Shown: positions 29,128 to 47,142, counted from the first letter of the stretch. The stretch: 64,000 bases of DNA from an uncultured delta proteobacterium (GCA_963767925.1 CAVYGB010000009.1:1-64000), one strand, 5' to 3'. Program-made: numbers and translations. Notes: generated by a model from the letters alone, not told the origin.

Positions 29128-32100
29128 CAATGCCGATCGGTTAGCGGCCAAGTGATCGAAATTGATCCGGTTTTCCTGTGGATAAAATAGTAATAGAAGT
29201 TACTCCAGAGTTTTTCCATTATGGCGGTGCACTTGGAACCAGCCCATGCACCTCGAAAACTCTCTCAAAGCGGTTAGCGCGTTTACGTCTCCCGAGCAAT
29301 TCGCGGACGTTCGCAAACACATCGACCCCGCTTGGGTCGCACTTGCGTTGGAGGCCACGGGAACGGCCACTGTGAGGAAGAGGCGGCTGCCGGCGGAGCA
29401 GGTCGTGTGGTTGGTGATTGGAATGGCGCTGTTCCGAAAGTTCCCGATCCACGACCTGGTAGGGAAGCTGGACCTCGTTTTGCCGGGGCCGACGGCTTCG
29501 GTCGCGCCCAGCTCCGTGGTCGAGGCACGGTGAGTGTCAAGGTAGTTGCCGCCTGAAATCTGCTCTCAGATCTGAATCTTCGCCGCCGTCGGGGAGGGCG
29601 ATTGTCGGGGAGTGCTCGGGCCGGTCAAGGGTTCGCTCGCAGGCTCGCCGGCGGCGGACCGCCGCCCTTGACCCGCCCTGCGCCCTCCCCGGAGCGCCGC
29701 GTATCGACGGCTGGGCCAGGTCTCGACGGGCGCAGGCTTGGGTTGAGGCATACGACTGCGACCGGCGTCCAGTCGCGTGTCTGCCGCGTCCAGCGCTGGG
29801 GTGTCCGTCCTCGGGCGGCCTCGTACACCTGGCGGCGCGTGGCGAGGATGGCGCTGTCCCGCCCCTCGTGCCGCTCCACCGGAGTGACGAAGCGGATCCC
29901 GCTGTGCTGGTGGTCCTCGTTGTACCAGCGCACGAACGCGTCGACCCACGCCTGCGCGGCCTCGAGGGTGATGAACGCCCCGTCAGGGTACGACGGCCGA
30001 TACTTCATGGTCCGAAAGAGCGCCTCCGAGAATGCGTTGTCGTCGCTGGTGTGCGGTCGGCTGAACGTGCTGGTCACCCCCAGGTCCCGGAGCTTGACGA
30101 GCAAGGTCTGGCCCTTCATAGCTGGACCGTTGTCGCTGTGGAGCCCCAGTTGTCCAGGCCTCACACCCTCACGGTGATACGCCTCCTCCAGCAGAGCCGC
30201 CGCCAGCTCGTCCGACTCCCGTTCATGAACCCGCGCCGCCACGATCCTGCGGCTCCACACGTCGACGACCATGTACAGCATCCAGAACATCCCTCGCACC
30301 GGCGAGCGCAGGTACGTGATGTCCCACGCCCACGCCTGCAGCGGTCCCGTCGCCCGGCGCTCGGGTGGACGTCGGCGGACGCGCGGTCGGCTTCGATGGC
30401 GGTGTGCCAGGAGCTTCCGCTTGTTCAGCAGCCGATACATCGTCCTCTCGGACGCCATGTACATCTTCATGTCCGCCAACTTCGGCACCACCTGGTTGGG
30501 GCTCAGGTCGACGAACTCGGGCGACGTCAGCAACTCCAAGATGTCCTGCTCTTCCTTCGCGGTCAGGGCGTTGCCAGGTCGGGTACGCGGTCCTCGCCGA
30601 CCGTCTTCACCGTCCGGGTCACGCCGCCACCGCTGTACGGTCCTGGCGTCGATCCCTGCCTCTTTGCATGCGCTCTCCAGGCGGGCCCCAGCCCTAACAG
30701 CCTCATCCACGAGGGCGATCGTCACGGCTCGTTCTTCTCGTCCGTGTCGTCGTCCCCGTCCCCCCAGAGAGCATTCAATTTTTTTCGCAGCACCAGCAGT
30801 GCCGCTGTCTCGGCCAGGGCCTTGTCCTTCTTGCGCAGCTCTCGCTCGAGCTCCTTGATCCGCTTGCTCTCCGCAGCAGTCCTCCGCCGCCTCGCCCTCG
30901 GGCCCTCGAGCCCTTCCTTGGCATCCGCTCGCCACTGCTCCAACTGCTCACGGTGCAGCCCGCTCCGCCGCAGGTACTCGCCCAGTGCCTCCCCTTCGAG
31001 CCCGCTCGTTTCCACCACGGCGCGCAGCTTCTCCTCTGCGCTCCATTCCTGTGGCCGCTTCGGAGGCCGGGTCGGGCGGTCCGCCGGCTGGTCATCCTTC
31101 TCTGCCATCCGCCGAACCTTACCCGCCTCCCGGTACCACTTCGACAGGGCGCTCTGCGAGATCCCTGTTTCCCGCGCCAGGGCGTTCGCACTCAGCCCCC
31201 CGGGACCCACCATCCGACGCACCATCCTCGCCCGGATCGTGTCGCTGTACACCATTGGTCCTTCATCGCTTCTCGCCCCCTCCTCCGCCTTCGCGTCGAG
31301 GCGGCAACTACCCTGTCACAGGGGGGGCACGACAGGAGCTCGGAGCAGCTCCCCTCGAGCGCATCTTCGAGATGAGCGCCGAGAAATGGGCGCATGCCAG
31401 CGCGCGCGAGCAGGCGTGGCGCGGCCTTGCTGTCTACGGAGTGGATGGCTCTACCCTTCGCGTGGCGGACTCGCCCGAGAATCGCGCGCACTTCGGCGGA
31501 ACCAGCGGCGATAGAGGCGACAGCGGCTACCCGCTCCTTCGGGTCGCAGCTCTAATGACCCTCCGCTCGCACATCCTCGCCGCGGCTGCATTTGGCCCGT
31601 ACAGAGACAGCGAGATCGTGCTGAGCGCCGGACTGTGGCGATCCGTCCCGAACGACTCTTTGGTGGTCGTCGACCGCGGGTTCCTTGCAGCCGGTATCCT
31701 GATTCCGCTGGCGCGTGATGGCCAGAACCGACACTGGCTGACCCGCGCGAAGTCCACGACGAAATGGAAGGTCGTGCGCTCCCTGTCCAAGAAGGAGGAT
31801 TTGGTGGAACTCACCGTGTCTCCCCAGGCCAAGGGCTACGATCCGTCTTTGCCAAAGACGTACCTGGCCCGTGCGATCCGCTATCAAATGAAGGGCTTTC
31901 AGCCGCAGACGTTGCTGACGTCCATGCTCGACTCCGACAGGTACCCGACCCAAGAGGTCGTTGGCCTCTATCATGAGCGTTGGGAGCTGGAACTCGGGTT
32001 TGACGAGATCAAGACCGAGATGCTCGACCGCCTGGAGAGCATCCGAAGCCGAACTGTAGCTGGCGTGGAACAGGAAACCTGGGGCATCCTTCTCGCGTAC

Positions 32101-32389
32101 AACCTGGTTCGTCTCGAGATGGCGCGTACCGCGGCCGAGCTCGGCGTCGAGCCCACGCGCATCAGCTTCGTCACCGCCCTTCGGATCATCTGCGATACCT
32201 GGTCCTGGTGTGCGGTAGCTTCGCCCGGCGCTTTGCCGGCCAGACTGAAGAACATGCGGGACATCTTCACGCGCTTGATACTTCCAGAGCGGCGCCGATC
32301 ACGTCGATACCCTCGAGCCGTGAAGATCAAGATGAGCAAATTCCCGCGAAAACGCCCCGATCATGCCAACCCTTAACCGACCGGCATTG
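29128..32389 (+). mobile_element. IS4-family element (transposase 29246-29529 plus 31332-32376), interrupted by an IS3 element
   Basis: IRs CAATGCCGATCGGTTA / TAACCGACCGGCATTG; 10-bp TSD GTGCTAAGCA (29118-29127, 32390-32399); YGVDGST, VVDRGF, YHERWELELGFDEIK. Confidence 0.93.
29530..31325 (-). mobile_element. Apparently intact IS3-family element (orfA 30722-31255, orfB ending at 29625; A7 slippery site ~30779-30785)
   Basis: 6-bp TSD GGCACG (29524-29529, 31326-31331); subterminal IR GGTAGTTGCCGCC; WDITYL, LHSDNG, DNAFSEALFRTMK. Confidence 0.92.
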
Positions 32390-33811
32390 GTGCTAAGCAT
32401 GGCCGCCCACGTCGGATCGCTAATGCCAAAGTCAATGAAGTGACTGATGTGCGTCTGGCCGCCCGAGCTAGTTCCCCAGATTAGGCAAAAAAAACTCGAA
32501 CCAGTGCCGGTGCCCCCGCTAGTACAGGTCCACGGAGTCCCGTCTGGAGGAGTTGACGTCGCCGCTACCGGATAGAGGCTATCGGTGTGGTGGGCGTAAG
32601 CAAGACCGCCACCGACAATCAAGGCGACAGCAAATGCCGCATTTCGAGTGAGAGGCGGTAGTCGGAATCTCAGACCAGTTGCACGTTTCATGTGAGTCCT
32701 CCGATGGAGCTTTACAACTGAGCGGCCGGAATGGCCGGGCGCGCAGTATATCACTCGCTGTTTGCCGATTTCAATTGCCAAGTAGATTGCAGCTGTCGTT
32801 GCTGCTCAGCCGGATGTAGTTGGTTCGTCGCACACCACACGGCACAAGCCGTGATTGCTCGCCTGGAACCCCAGGTGTGACTTGGGTGTTGCAGAGGTCC
32901 CAATGATTACCGCCGACGTCAGGGTCTGAGTAGACCCGGAGTCGCGTTTAACGAGGGGGCCAAGGACAGTTGTCCTGGGTAATTGATACGCCGCACGCGG
33001 AAACCGAGGAGACTTCCGGTCTGTTTGTTACGGTAGATCTACCGATGGCGTGGGCCCGTTAGCGAGTGAGCATACGACAGGGGCGCCGACGTTAGGCTCG
33101 AACACTTCACTCCGGTCCTATAAACGTCGACCCGTCCGCGTGAACGACAAGGTGGGCAAGGGCCCTTTCAACCGCCCGTGCTCAAGCCGGAACGTCTACG
33201 CGGCCACCTTCACGCTTCGGGATACCTCCGAACGGATCGCGTCCGCTTTCGAGTCTGCGCCGCTCGCGCCGCTCGCGCCGACGCATATGAGGCGAGCACT
33301 GAGGCCCGTCGCTCGTCCGGACATTCGATATTGCCTCTCGCGTGGCTCCACTGTCGATTACGGCCCATTACGACTCGCCTCCGACTGTTCCCTACTTGAG
33401 CTTCGTAGACGGTGCGTGGTGGTGGGGCGAACTCCGCGCCGTCGGGGCCTGGACCCAGAAGAATCAAGGCTCCTCTTCCGCCCTCACGCCAATCTCCAAG
33501 TCCCCGAATCCGAAAGTGGGGCCCGCGGTCCCCGTATGCCGATGGTCAGCGACTCGATACTTCCGATCACTGGCCGCAGTCGTAGGCCTCCGGAGGAGAC
33601 CCCGGTCCTTCTCGTCGGCACGGCTCCGTCCGTGTAAGGCCCCGGCTAGAAATGCCCCCTTTGGGCCGAGATGAAGGGATTGCGCCCCACCGGTGGACGC
33701 CTCTGCGGGTGCGAACGCGGAGGCCGGCGTCCACGCCTTCTCCAAGTGCGCGCCACCGTGGCCTGGTCATGAACGTTTACATTTCAAGGACCCGCAGGAC
33801 TCCTGACGGCC

Positions 33812-33955
33812 GCCAGGCTCATGGGGCCAGGGGCGGGCGTTTTCGCCAGGGTCATGGGGCCACGGATTCGCCAGAGTCATGGGGCCAGTCGCGGGTGACC
33901 GGTCCTGGGTTTCGCCAGGGTCATGGGGCCAGTCGATCGCCAGGGTCATGGGCCA
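33812..33955 (+). repeat. Five copies of GCCAGGGTCATGGGGCCA; likely IS21-family end repeats
   Basis: Copies at about 33812, 33845, 33870, 33914, 33939, directly upstream of an istA pseudogene. Confidence 0.75.
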
Positions 33956-34029
33956 TCTATGACCAGCCGCGGCGACTGACCTTGGCATCGAAACCGAAGG
34001 CAAGACTGACCGCCGAGGCGGCCGCCGCG

Positions 34030-34740
34030 ATGGCCACATGAACTTTTCGGGAGATCACGATGTAAGACGTATCCGAGGTACTGCGCCGCTGGCAGGCGGG
34101 GCAAAGCGCGCGGCGAATCGGGCGAGAGACGGGCCTGGACCGCAAGACCGTGGGCCGCTACATCGAGGAGGCCCAGGCCGGAGGGGTAGTGGCCGAGGTC
34201 GCGGTGACCGAGCAGGAGGTGCGTGCCGCCGGCAAAGGGGCGCAGGCGCGTCCGCTCCCGTCGCCGTCGCAGCAAAGGCAGGCCTTGGCCGGGCGCCGCG
34301 AGCAGATCAGCGTCTGGCTCGGGGGCGATCGGCCGTTGCGACTCGTACGTGTGCACGAGCTGCTTGAGCGGGATGAGGTGGTGGTCCGCTACACCACTCT
34401 CCGCCGCTACGTGCAGCGCGAGCTCGGCTGGCGCAAGAAGCAGCCGACGGTGCGGCTCAAGGATCCGGAACCAGGGCAAGAGGCCCAGATCGACTTCGGG
34501 CTAATGGGTACCATCGCCGACGAGGAGGGCAAGCCGCGAAAGCTGTATGCGCTGATCGTAACGCTGTCGTCGAGTCGACACATGTTCGTTTGACCGACGC
34601 TGCGGCAGACGATCGAGGAGGTGTGCGCCGGACTCGACGCCGCATGGCAGTTCTTCGGAGGCGTGCCCATGTACACGATCCTCGGTAACGCGACGGCGAT
34701 GATGTTGCGCGAGCCCTATCTGCCAACGTGACCTGAGATG
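34030..34740 (+). pseudogene. istA: IS21-family transposase istA, 5' part with stops
   Basis: EVLRRWQAGQSARRIGRETGLDRKTVGRY, PGQEAQIDFG, LSSSRHMFV*, AWQFFGGVP. Confidence 0.85.
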
Positions 34741-34788
34741 ACGCCGGGGCGGAATTTGGTGTCGAGGGCGAGCCTGGAACGATAGGAC

Positions 34789-35804
34789 ATGAGCAGTGTG
34801 TTGGCACAGGATGCCGAGGTCGTGGCGAAAGCAAGGCGGCGGTCGTTCACCGCCGAGTACAGGCGGGGGATTCTCAGTCAGGCCGCCGGGTGCAAGCTCG
34901 GCGAACTGGGGGCGCTGCTGCGCCGAGAGGGGCTCTACTCGTCGCACCTTACGGTGTGGCGCCGCGAGATGGAACAGCGTGGACTGGCTGGGCTAGCGCC
35001 CAGGAAGAGAGGGCCCAAGGTGACGCCACCGAGCCCGGAAGAGACCGAAAATCGCCGACTGCTCCGCGAGGTCGCCGTCCTGACGGCCCAGTACACCGCG
35101 CCCGAACTCATGGCGACCAAGCCCAATCAAGTGTGTAGTTGGGACATCACGAAGTTGAAGACTTTCGTCAAGTGCCAGTACCTTCACCTGTACGTCATCC
35201 TCGACGTCTACTCTCGCTACGTCGTCGGCTGGCGGGTAGAGACCCGCGAATCCGGCGAGCTGGCCAGGGACCTGATGGAGACCTCGTGCGAGCGGCAGCA
35301 GATCCAGCCCGGCGTCCTCTCGATGCATTCCGACAACGGCCCCGCGATGATCTCTCAACCGGTGGCTCCCTGCTGATCACCCTCGACGTGGCCAAGAGCC
35401 ACTCGCGCCCCCACGTTTCCGACGACAACCCCTTCTCGGAGTCCCAGTTCAAAATCCTCAAGTTCCGCCCCTCATTTCCCGAACGCTTCGCCTCCCTGGA
35501 GCACGCACGGGCTTTCCTGCGGCAGTTCTTCGCTTCGTACAACACCGAGCACCACCAGAGCCGCTTGGCCCTCCTCACGCCCTCCGACGTCCATCATGGC
35601 CTCGTCGACCAGCGCATTGGCCAGCGCGCCCTCGTCCTCGACGCCGCCTTCGCCGCCAGGCCAGGCCGGAGCGCTTCGTCCGACCGCCACCCACCCCGCG
35701 TCGGCCACCTGAAACCGTGTGGATCAACCCTCCTAAGGAATCTCCAGCGACCGAGGCGCGAGCGTAAATTCAACAGTCGGCGATCTGAGAATCGTTGACA
35801 GGTT
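34789..35804 (+). mobile_element. Degraded IS3-family element (internal deletion, frameshift)
   Basis: RRRSFTAEYRRGIL, LLRREGLYSSHL, WDITKL, HSDNG, SHSRPHVSDDNPFSESQFK. Confidence 0.85.
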
Positions 35805-36260
35805 CCGCCGAGCTGATCCCATTTCTGCGGCAGGTGGTGCTGGAGTCTCATTCGGACCTGGTCTTCCCGAAGCCGGACGGGTCAATGATGAGCGAGGAGG
35901 TCAACCTGGAGGACGTGCTCCGCTGGGCGCTGGCCCGGGCGGGCATCGTGCTCGGGTACGTACACGTCTGCCGGAGGAAGGCCTGCGGCTACGAGGAACA
36001 GACCGGCGACGCGACCGAGCGCCGCTGTCCGACGCACGGGATGCGCCTGTGGCCGAAGGCCCGCCACCGTCCGATCCGGTTCCACGATCTGCGGCACACG
36101 ACTGCCAGCTTGCGGCTCATGGCGGGCGCGAATCCGGCCGCCGTCCAGCGGATCCTGCGGCACAGCGACCCGCGCATCACGACCGAGGTCTGCGGGCACC
36201 TTCTGCCGGGGTACCTGCGGGCGGAGATCGACCGGCTCGCCTTCGGCGTCAGCCCGGGCG
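35805..36260 (+). pseudogene. Island tyrosine integrase, C-terminal part only (truncated by IS3)
   Basis: LVFPKPDG, Cys-rich insert HVCRRKACG...RCPTHG, RFHDLRHTTAS...HSDPRITTEVCGH. Confidence 0.85.
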
Positions 36261-36386
36261 CAGAAGAGCGTCTCCTGGCAAAGAACCTCGCTCCGTTTTC
36301 TTCACCCTTTCTACCGGGCGCCTGCGGAGCGCTTCCCGAGCCTCTCTCCGGCCCCGCGGGGCCGGGTGATCGGGGCGATTCGACTG

Positions 36387-36460
36387 TGGGCGCGGCGGGA
36401 CTCGAACCCACTACCCCCGGCTTCGGAGGCCGGTACTCTATCCAGATGAGCTACGCGCCC
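36387..36460 (-). tRNA. tRNA-Arg(CCG)
   Basis: Reverse complement GGGCGCGTAGCTCATCTGGATAGAGTACCGGCCTCCGAAGCCGGGGGTAGTGGGTTCGAGTCCCGCCGCGCCCA folds as a cloverleaf; anticodon loop CTCCGAA. Confidence 0.95.
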
Positions 36461-36710
36461 AGTGGGACTGGGATTCGACGCGGGCGTCGAAGCGGTGTCT
36501 TTAGCGCGGTTTGGCTTCTGCGTAAAGACGTTGTCGAGGGGGGTGGGGCGGGGGGCGGGGGGTAAAAATTGGGTCAGGGGGGGGCTGGGGGGCGGGTGGG
36601 GGAGGTTCGGGGGGGCGCGGGGTCGGAGAATCGTGCCATCTTAGGGCGCTCGCCGGCTGGACCGGGGCCGGGGGTGGGCGGGGGCGGTCCGGTGGCGGGT
36701 GGATGGACGA

Positions 36711-37509
36711 ATGATTGAGCTTGCCGGGATTCAAAAGGCCTACCGCGTCGGGGCCCGCACGCTGCCGGTGCTGCGTGATGTGAGCTTGCGGGTTGGGGAG
36801 GGGGAGTTCGTGGCGGTCATGGGGGCTTCGGGGTCGGGCAAGTCGACGATGCTCAACGTCCTCGGGATCCTCGACGACTACGACGAGGGGGAGTACCGGC
36901 TCGACGGGACGCTGATCCGGGGGCTGTCGGAGCGGCGGGCGGCGGTGTACCGCAACCGGTTCATCGGGTTCGTGTTCCAGGCGTTCAACCTGCTGCCCTA
37001 CAAGACGGCGGTCGAAAACGTCGAGCTGCCCCTGCAGTACCGGGGGATCGCGCGGGGGCGGCGGCGGGAGATGGCGCTGGCGGCGCTCGAGCGGGTGGGG
37101 CTGGCGGCGCGCGGCGAGCACGTGCCCGCGGAGCTGTCGGGCGGCGAGAAGCAGCGGGTGGCGATCGCCCGGGCGCTCATCGGGCAGCCCCGGCTGATCC
37201 TGGCCGACGAGCCGACCGGCGCGCTCGACACCACTACCTCCGGCGCAGATCATGGACCTGCTCGACGAGGCCAACCGCGCCGGCATCACCATCGTGATGG
37301 TCACCCACGAGGCCGACGTCGCGGCCCGCGCCCACCGCCTGGTCCGCATCCGCGACGGCCGCATCGTCGAGGACACGCGCCATCCACCGCTCCGTGCCCC
37401 CAACCGTCGCCTCCGACGAGGTCAGCCGTCAAATGACGGGGTTGATCGCGTGGCGGAGCCGCCGAGCTTGCTCGGCGCGAAGCTTCGCGGGAGGGAGGGA
37501 ACCCTTTGA
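36711..37509 (+). CDS. MacB/LolD-type ABC ATP-binding protein (frameshift ~37245)
   Basis: GASGSGKST, ELSGGEKQRVAIARAL, ILADEPTGALD, MVTHE. Confidence 0.92.
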
Positions 37510-37521
37510 GGGTTCCGGGCC

Positions 37522-38796
<1,275 letters not shown>

Positions 38797-38808
38797 ACGA
38801 GGCGGGCC

Positions 38809-40089
38809 ATGGCGCATCTTCGAGCTCGACCACTTCCACGAGATCCTGCAGACGCTGCGGCGCAACCGCCTGCGCACCTTCCTCACCGCCTGCGGGTGTT
38901 CTGGGGGGTGTTCATGCTGGTGCGTGATGCTCGGCTTCGGCCGCGGGCTGGAGAAGGCGGTCGAGGAGGACATCGGCTTCTTCGCCATCAACAACATCGG
39001 CTTTCGGGGCGAGAACACCAGCAAGCCCTTCGCCGGCCAGCAGGCCGGGCCGCCGGGTCTGGCTCACCCTCGACGACATGGAGGCGGTCCGCGCAGGTGC
39101 CCGGGGTGCAGGTCGCCTTCGGCCGCAACCACCTGCAGGGCTCGACTGGCCTCGCGCGGCGAGAAGACCGTCGACAGCGATGTTGATCGGCGACTACCCC
39201 GAGGGCTGCGCTCACCGAGCGCAGCGTGCATCAGCCGCGGCCGCTTCCTCAACGCGATCGGACATGAAGGAGGCGCGCAAGGTGGCGGTCATCGGCACCA
39301 AGATCCAGGAGGTGCTGTTCGCGCCCGGCGAGGATCCCATCGGGGAGACCATCCGGGCGGGCAACGCCATCTTCCAGGTGGTGGGCGTGCTCGACACGAC
39401 CGGCTTCGGACCGGGCGGGCAGCAGCGCGACTTCTTCAACAGCCGCATCTTCGTCCCCCGACCGGCGCTGGCCCGCATCCTGGGCATGGGCGATCGCATC
39501 ACCACCATCCCGATCCTGCTCGACTCGACCCGCCCCTCGATCGAGGTCGGAGAACGACGTCAAGGCCCTGCTGCAAGGCCCGCCACCGCGTCGCCCCCGA
39601 CGACGAACGGGCCATCATGGGCTTCAACCGGGACAAGAGCTTCAAGCGCTTCCAGGCCCTGTTCTTCGGCATCCGCACCCTGACCTGGGTGGTGGGGGTG
39701 TTGACCCTGTTCGCGGGGGCCATCGGCGTCTCGAACATCATGATGATCGCGGTGGCCGAGCGGACCCGGGAGATCGGCATCCGCAAGGCGATCGGCGCCA
39801 CGCCCGCCTCGATCATGGGGCAGATCGTCGCCGAGGCCACCGTGCTGACCGGGCTGGCCGGCTACCTGGGGCTGTGCGCGGGGGTGGGCGCTGCTGCAGA
39901 TCGCCGCCAAGATCGTCAAGCGCCCTGCCGGCCGGGGCGGGCCCCCGCTTCTTTTCCAGCCCCGAGCTGGATCTGGGCAAGGCGGTGCTGGCCGCCGTCG
40001 TCCTCACCCTGGCCGGGGCCCTGGCCGGTCTGGCCCCCGCCCGGGCGGCGGTGGCGGTGCGCCCGGTCGAGGCTCTGGCCCATGAATGA
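38809..40089 (+). CDS. Second MacB/FtsX-family ABC permease (frameshifted)
   Basis: GVSNIMMIAVAERTREIGIRKAIGA, APARAAVAVRPVEAL. Confidence 0.88.
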
Positions 40090-40117
40090 CGATCCTGTGC
40101 GAGCTGAAGCCGAAGGC

Positions 40118-41240
40118 ATGAAGAGCAAACGCATCTGTTCCCGTTCGCGATCGCGGTGGTCATCGTCGGCATGTTCGGCGGCACCCTCTGGTTCCTCTGG
40201 GCCAAGTCGCGCCCCAAGGCGGTCGAGCTGGTCAGACCGAGCAGCCGATGGTCACCGACATCGTCAAGAAGGTCGTCGCCTCGGGCACCATCGAGCCGCG
40301 CAGGGAGATCGAGATCAAGCCGCGCATCTCGGGCATCCTGCGCAAGCTCAACGTGCAGCCCGGCCAGCAGGTCAAGCGCGGCGACCTGCTCGGCGAGGTG
40401 CAGGTCATCCCCGACGTGGTCAGCCTCAACGAGGCCGAGCTGCGCGAGCGGTCGAGCCGGCTGGCGGTCGAGCGGTCCAAGCGCGAGCTCGACCGGGCGG
40501 TGAAGCTGGGGGCCAGCGGCGCGGCCACCCTCGGCGAGCTGGACAGGCTGCGCTCGGACTACGAGCTGGCGGTCGAGGAGCTGCGGGGGGCCGAGGCCCG
40601 CGTGCGCCTGGTGCGGGTGGGGGCGGCCAGCAAGGCCCGGGGAGCAGCGGCCTCCACCTCGGTCGAGTCGACGGTGAACGGGACCGTGCTCACCGTGCCG
40701 GTCAAGGAGGGCAGCTCGGTCATCAACGCCAACAGCTTCAACCCCGGGACCACGGTGGCGGTGGTGGCCGACATGAGCGACATGATCTTCAAGGGCCGGG
40801 TCGACGAGTCGGAGGTGGGCAAGCTGCGCAGCGGGATGCCGGTCGAGATCGTCGTCGGCGCCCTCGAGGACACCCGGTTCGTCGGCACGCTCGAGCACAT
40901 CGCCCCCAAGAGCCAGATCAAGGACGGCACCACCGAGTTCGAGATCGAGGCCGCCTTCCGCACCCCGCCCGACGTCGTCGTGCGCGCCGGCTACAGCGCC
41001 AACGCCAACATCGTGCTCGACCGGCGGCAGAGCGTGCTCGCCATCAACGAGAGCCTGCTCATGTTCGAGAAGGACCGCCGCTTCGTCGAGGTGGAGGTGG
41101 CCCCCACCCGGTTCGAGCGGCGCGAGGTCCGCCTGGGCCTGTCCGACGGTGTCCGGGTCGAGGTCATCTCCGGGCTGAAGAAGGACACTGTCCTGCGCAA
41201 GCCGGTGCGGGGCGCCGCCGGCCCCATGGGCCGCATCTGA
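40118..41240 (+). CDS. MacA-like efflux periplasmic adaptor (N-terminal frameshifts)
   Basis: VVASGTIEPRREIEIKPRISG, GRVDESEVGKL, RAGYSANANI, VRLGLSDG. Confidence 0.9.
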
Positions 41241-41308
41241 GCGCCTTCGCCGTCCGGAGCGGGGGCAGACCCGATAAGCGTCCGCGTCGGACCTGCTAGA
41301 ACTTCCGG

Positions 41309-46280
<4,972 letters not shown>

Positions 46281-46284
46281 CGAC

Positions 46285-47142
46285 ATGCCCGAGGGCGATA
46301 CCATCCACCGGGCCGCCGCCAACCTGCAGCGCGCGCTGCAGGGGCGGGTCGTCACCGACTTCCAGACCGGCTACGCCCAGCTCGCGCGGGTCGACGACGA
46401 CGCGCCCATCGCCGGCCGCACGGTCGAGTCGGTGCAGGCGGCCGGCAAGCACCTGCTCATGCGCTTCGGCGCCCACCCCGGCGAGGGGGGCGCGCCGCTC
46501 ACCTTGCGCACGCACATGCGCATGAGCGGGAGCTGGCACATCTACCGCCCGGGCGATCGCTGGCAGCGCTCCCGCCGCGACATGCGCATCCTCGTCGCCA
46601 CCGAGGCCTACCTGGCGGTGGCCTTCTCGGTGCCGGTGGCCGAGCTGCTCGACGACCGCGCGCTCGCCCGCGACCCCACCCTGCGCCGCCTGGGCCCCGA
46701 CCTGCTGGGCGAGGCCTTCGACCCCACCGAGGCTCTGCGCCGCCTGCGCGCCCGCCCCGCCGCCCCGATCGGCGAGCTGCTGCTCGACCAGAGCGTGGTG
46801 GCCGGCGCGGGCAACGTCTACCGCTCGGAGCTGCTCTTCCTCGCCCGCCTCGATCCCGACCGCCCCGTCGCCGACATCCCCGACGAGAAGCTCGGCGAGC
46901 TGCTGGCCATCGCCGAGCGAACCATGCGAGCCAACGTCGCCACCGGCGGCCTCAGCCGCGACGGCAGCATCGTCACCTACACCGGCCTGCGCCGCACCAC
47001 CCACCGCAGCGACCCCTCCGCCCGCCTCTGGGTCTACGGCCGCCGCAACCAACCCTGCCGCCGCTGCGGCACCCCCATCGCCTACAAGAAGACCGGTGTG
47101 CACGCCCGCGGCCTCTACCACTGCCCCACCTGCCAGCACTGA
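46285..47142 (+). CDS. nei: Fpg/Nei family DNA glycosylase
   Basis: N-terminal MPEGD, GKHL, HMRMSGSW, LLDQSVVAGAGNVYRSE, C-terminal zinc finger CRRC...CPTCQ. Confidence 0.93.
   Translation: MPEGDTIHRAAANLQRALQGRVVTDFQTGYAQLARVDDDAPIAGRTVESVQAAGKHLLMRFGAHPGEGGAPLTLRTHMRMSGSWHIYRPGDRWQRSRRDMRILVATEAYLAVAFSVPVAELLDDRALARDPTLRRLGPDLLGEAFDPTEALRRLRARPAAPIGELLLDQSVVAGAGNVYRSELLFLARLDPDRPVADIPDEKLGELLAIAERTMRANVATGGLSRDGSIVTYTGLRRTTHRSDPSARLWVYGRRNQPCRRCGTPIAYKKTGVHARGLYHCPTCQH

Larger units (their letters stand above)
28715..32691 (-). pseudogene. Secreted zinc metallopeptidase (HExxHxxGxxH metzincin/matrixin-like) split by an IS4 insertion
   Basis: N-part 32691-32390 (signal peptide ...GGGLAYA) joins in frame with 29117-28715 (CHETGHAVGLTH, CMKT) after removing the IS and one TSD copy, giving 234 aa. 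Confidence 0.85.
14046..36429. mobile_element. ~22 kb decayed integrative genomic island at tRNA-Arg(CCG)
   Basis: Flanking att duplication, excisionase at one end, integrase remnant at the other, IS-rich and partly lower-GC cargo. Confidence 0.85.

Noticed and set aside
33050..33770. Short overlapping ORFs between the peptidase upstream region and the IS21 end
   Set aside because: No recognisable motifs or consistent frame; possibly a degraded gene, but I cannot support a call.
33812..33955. Mini-CRISPR or iteron array
   Set aside because: 18-bp units with short irregular gaps directly upstream of istA; better explained as IS21-family end repeats.
36535..36700. G-run tract as a functional G-quadruplex or regulatory element
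   Set aside because: Low-complexity G runs next to an error-rich operon; cannot be separated from poor consensus quality.
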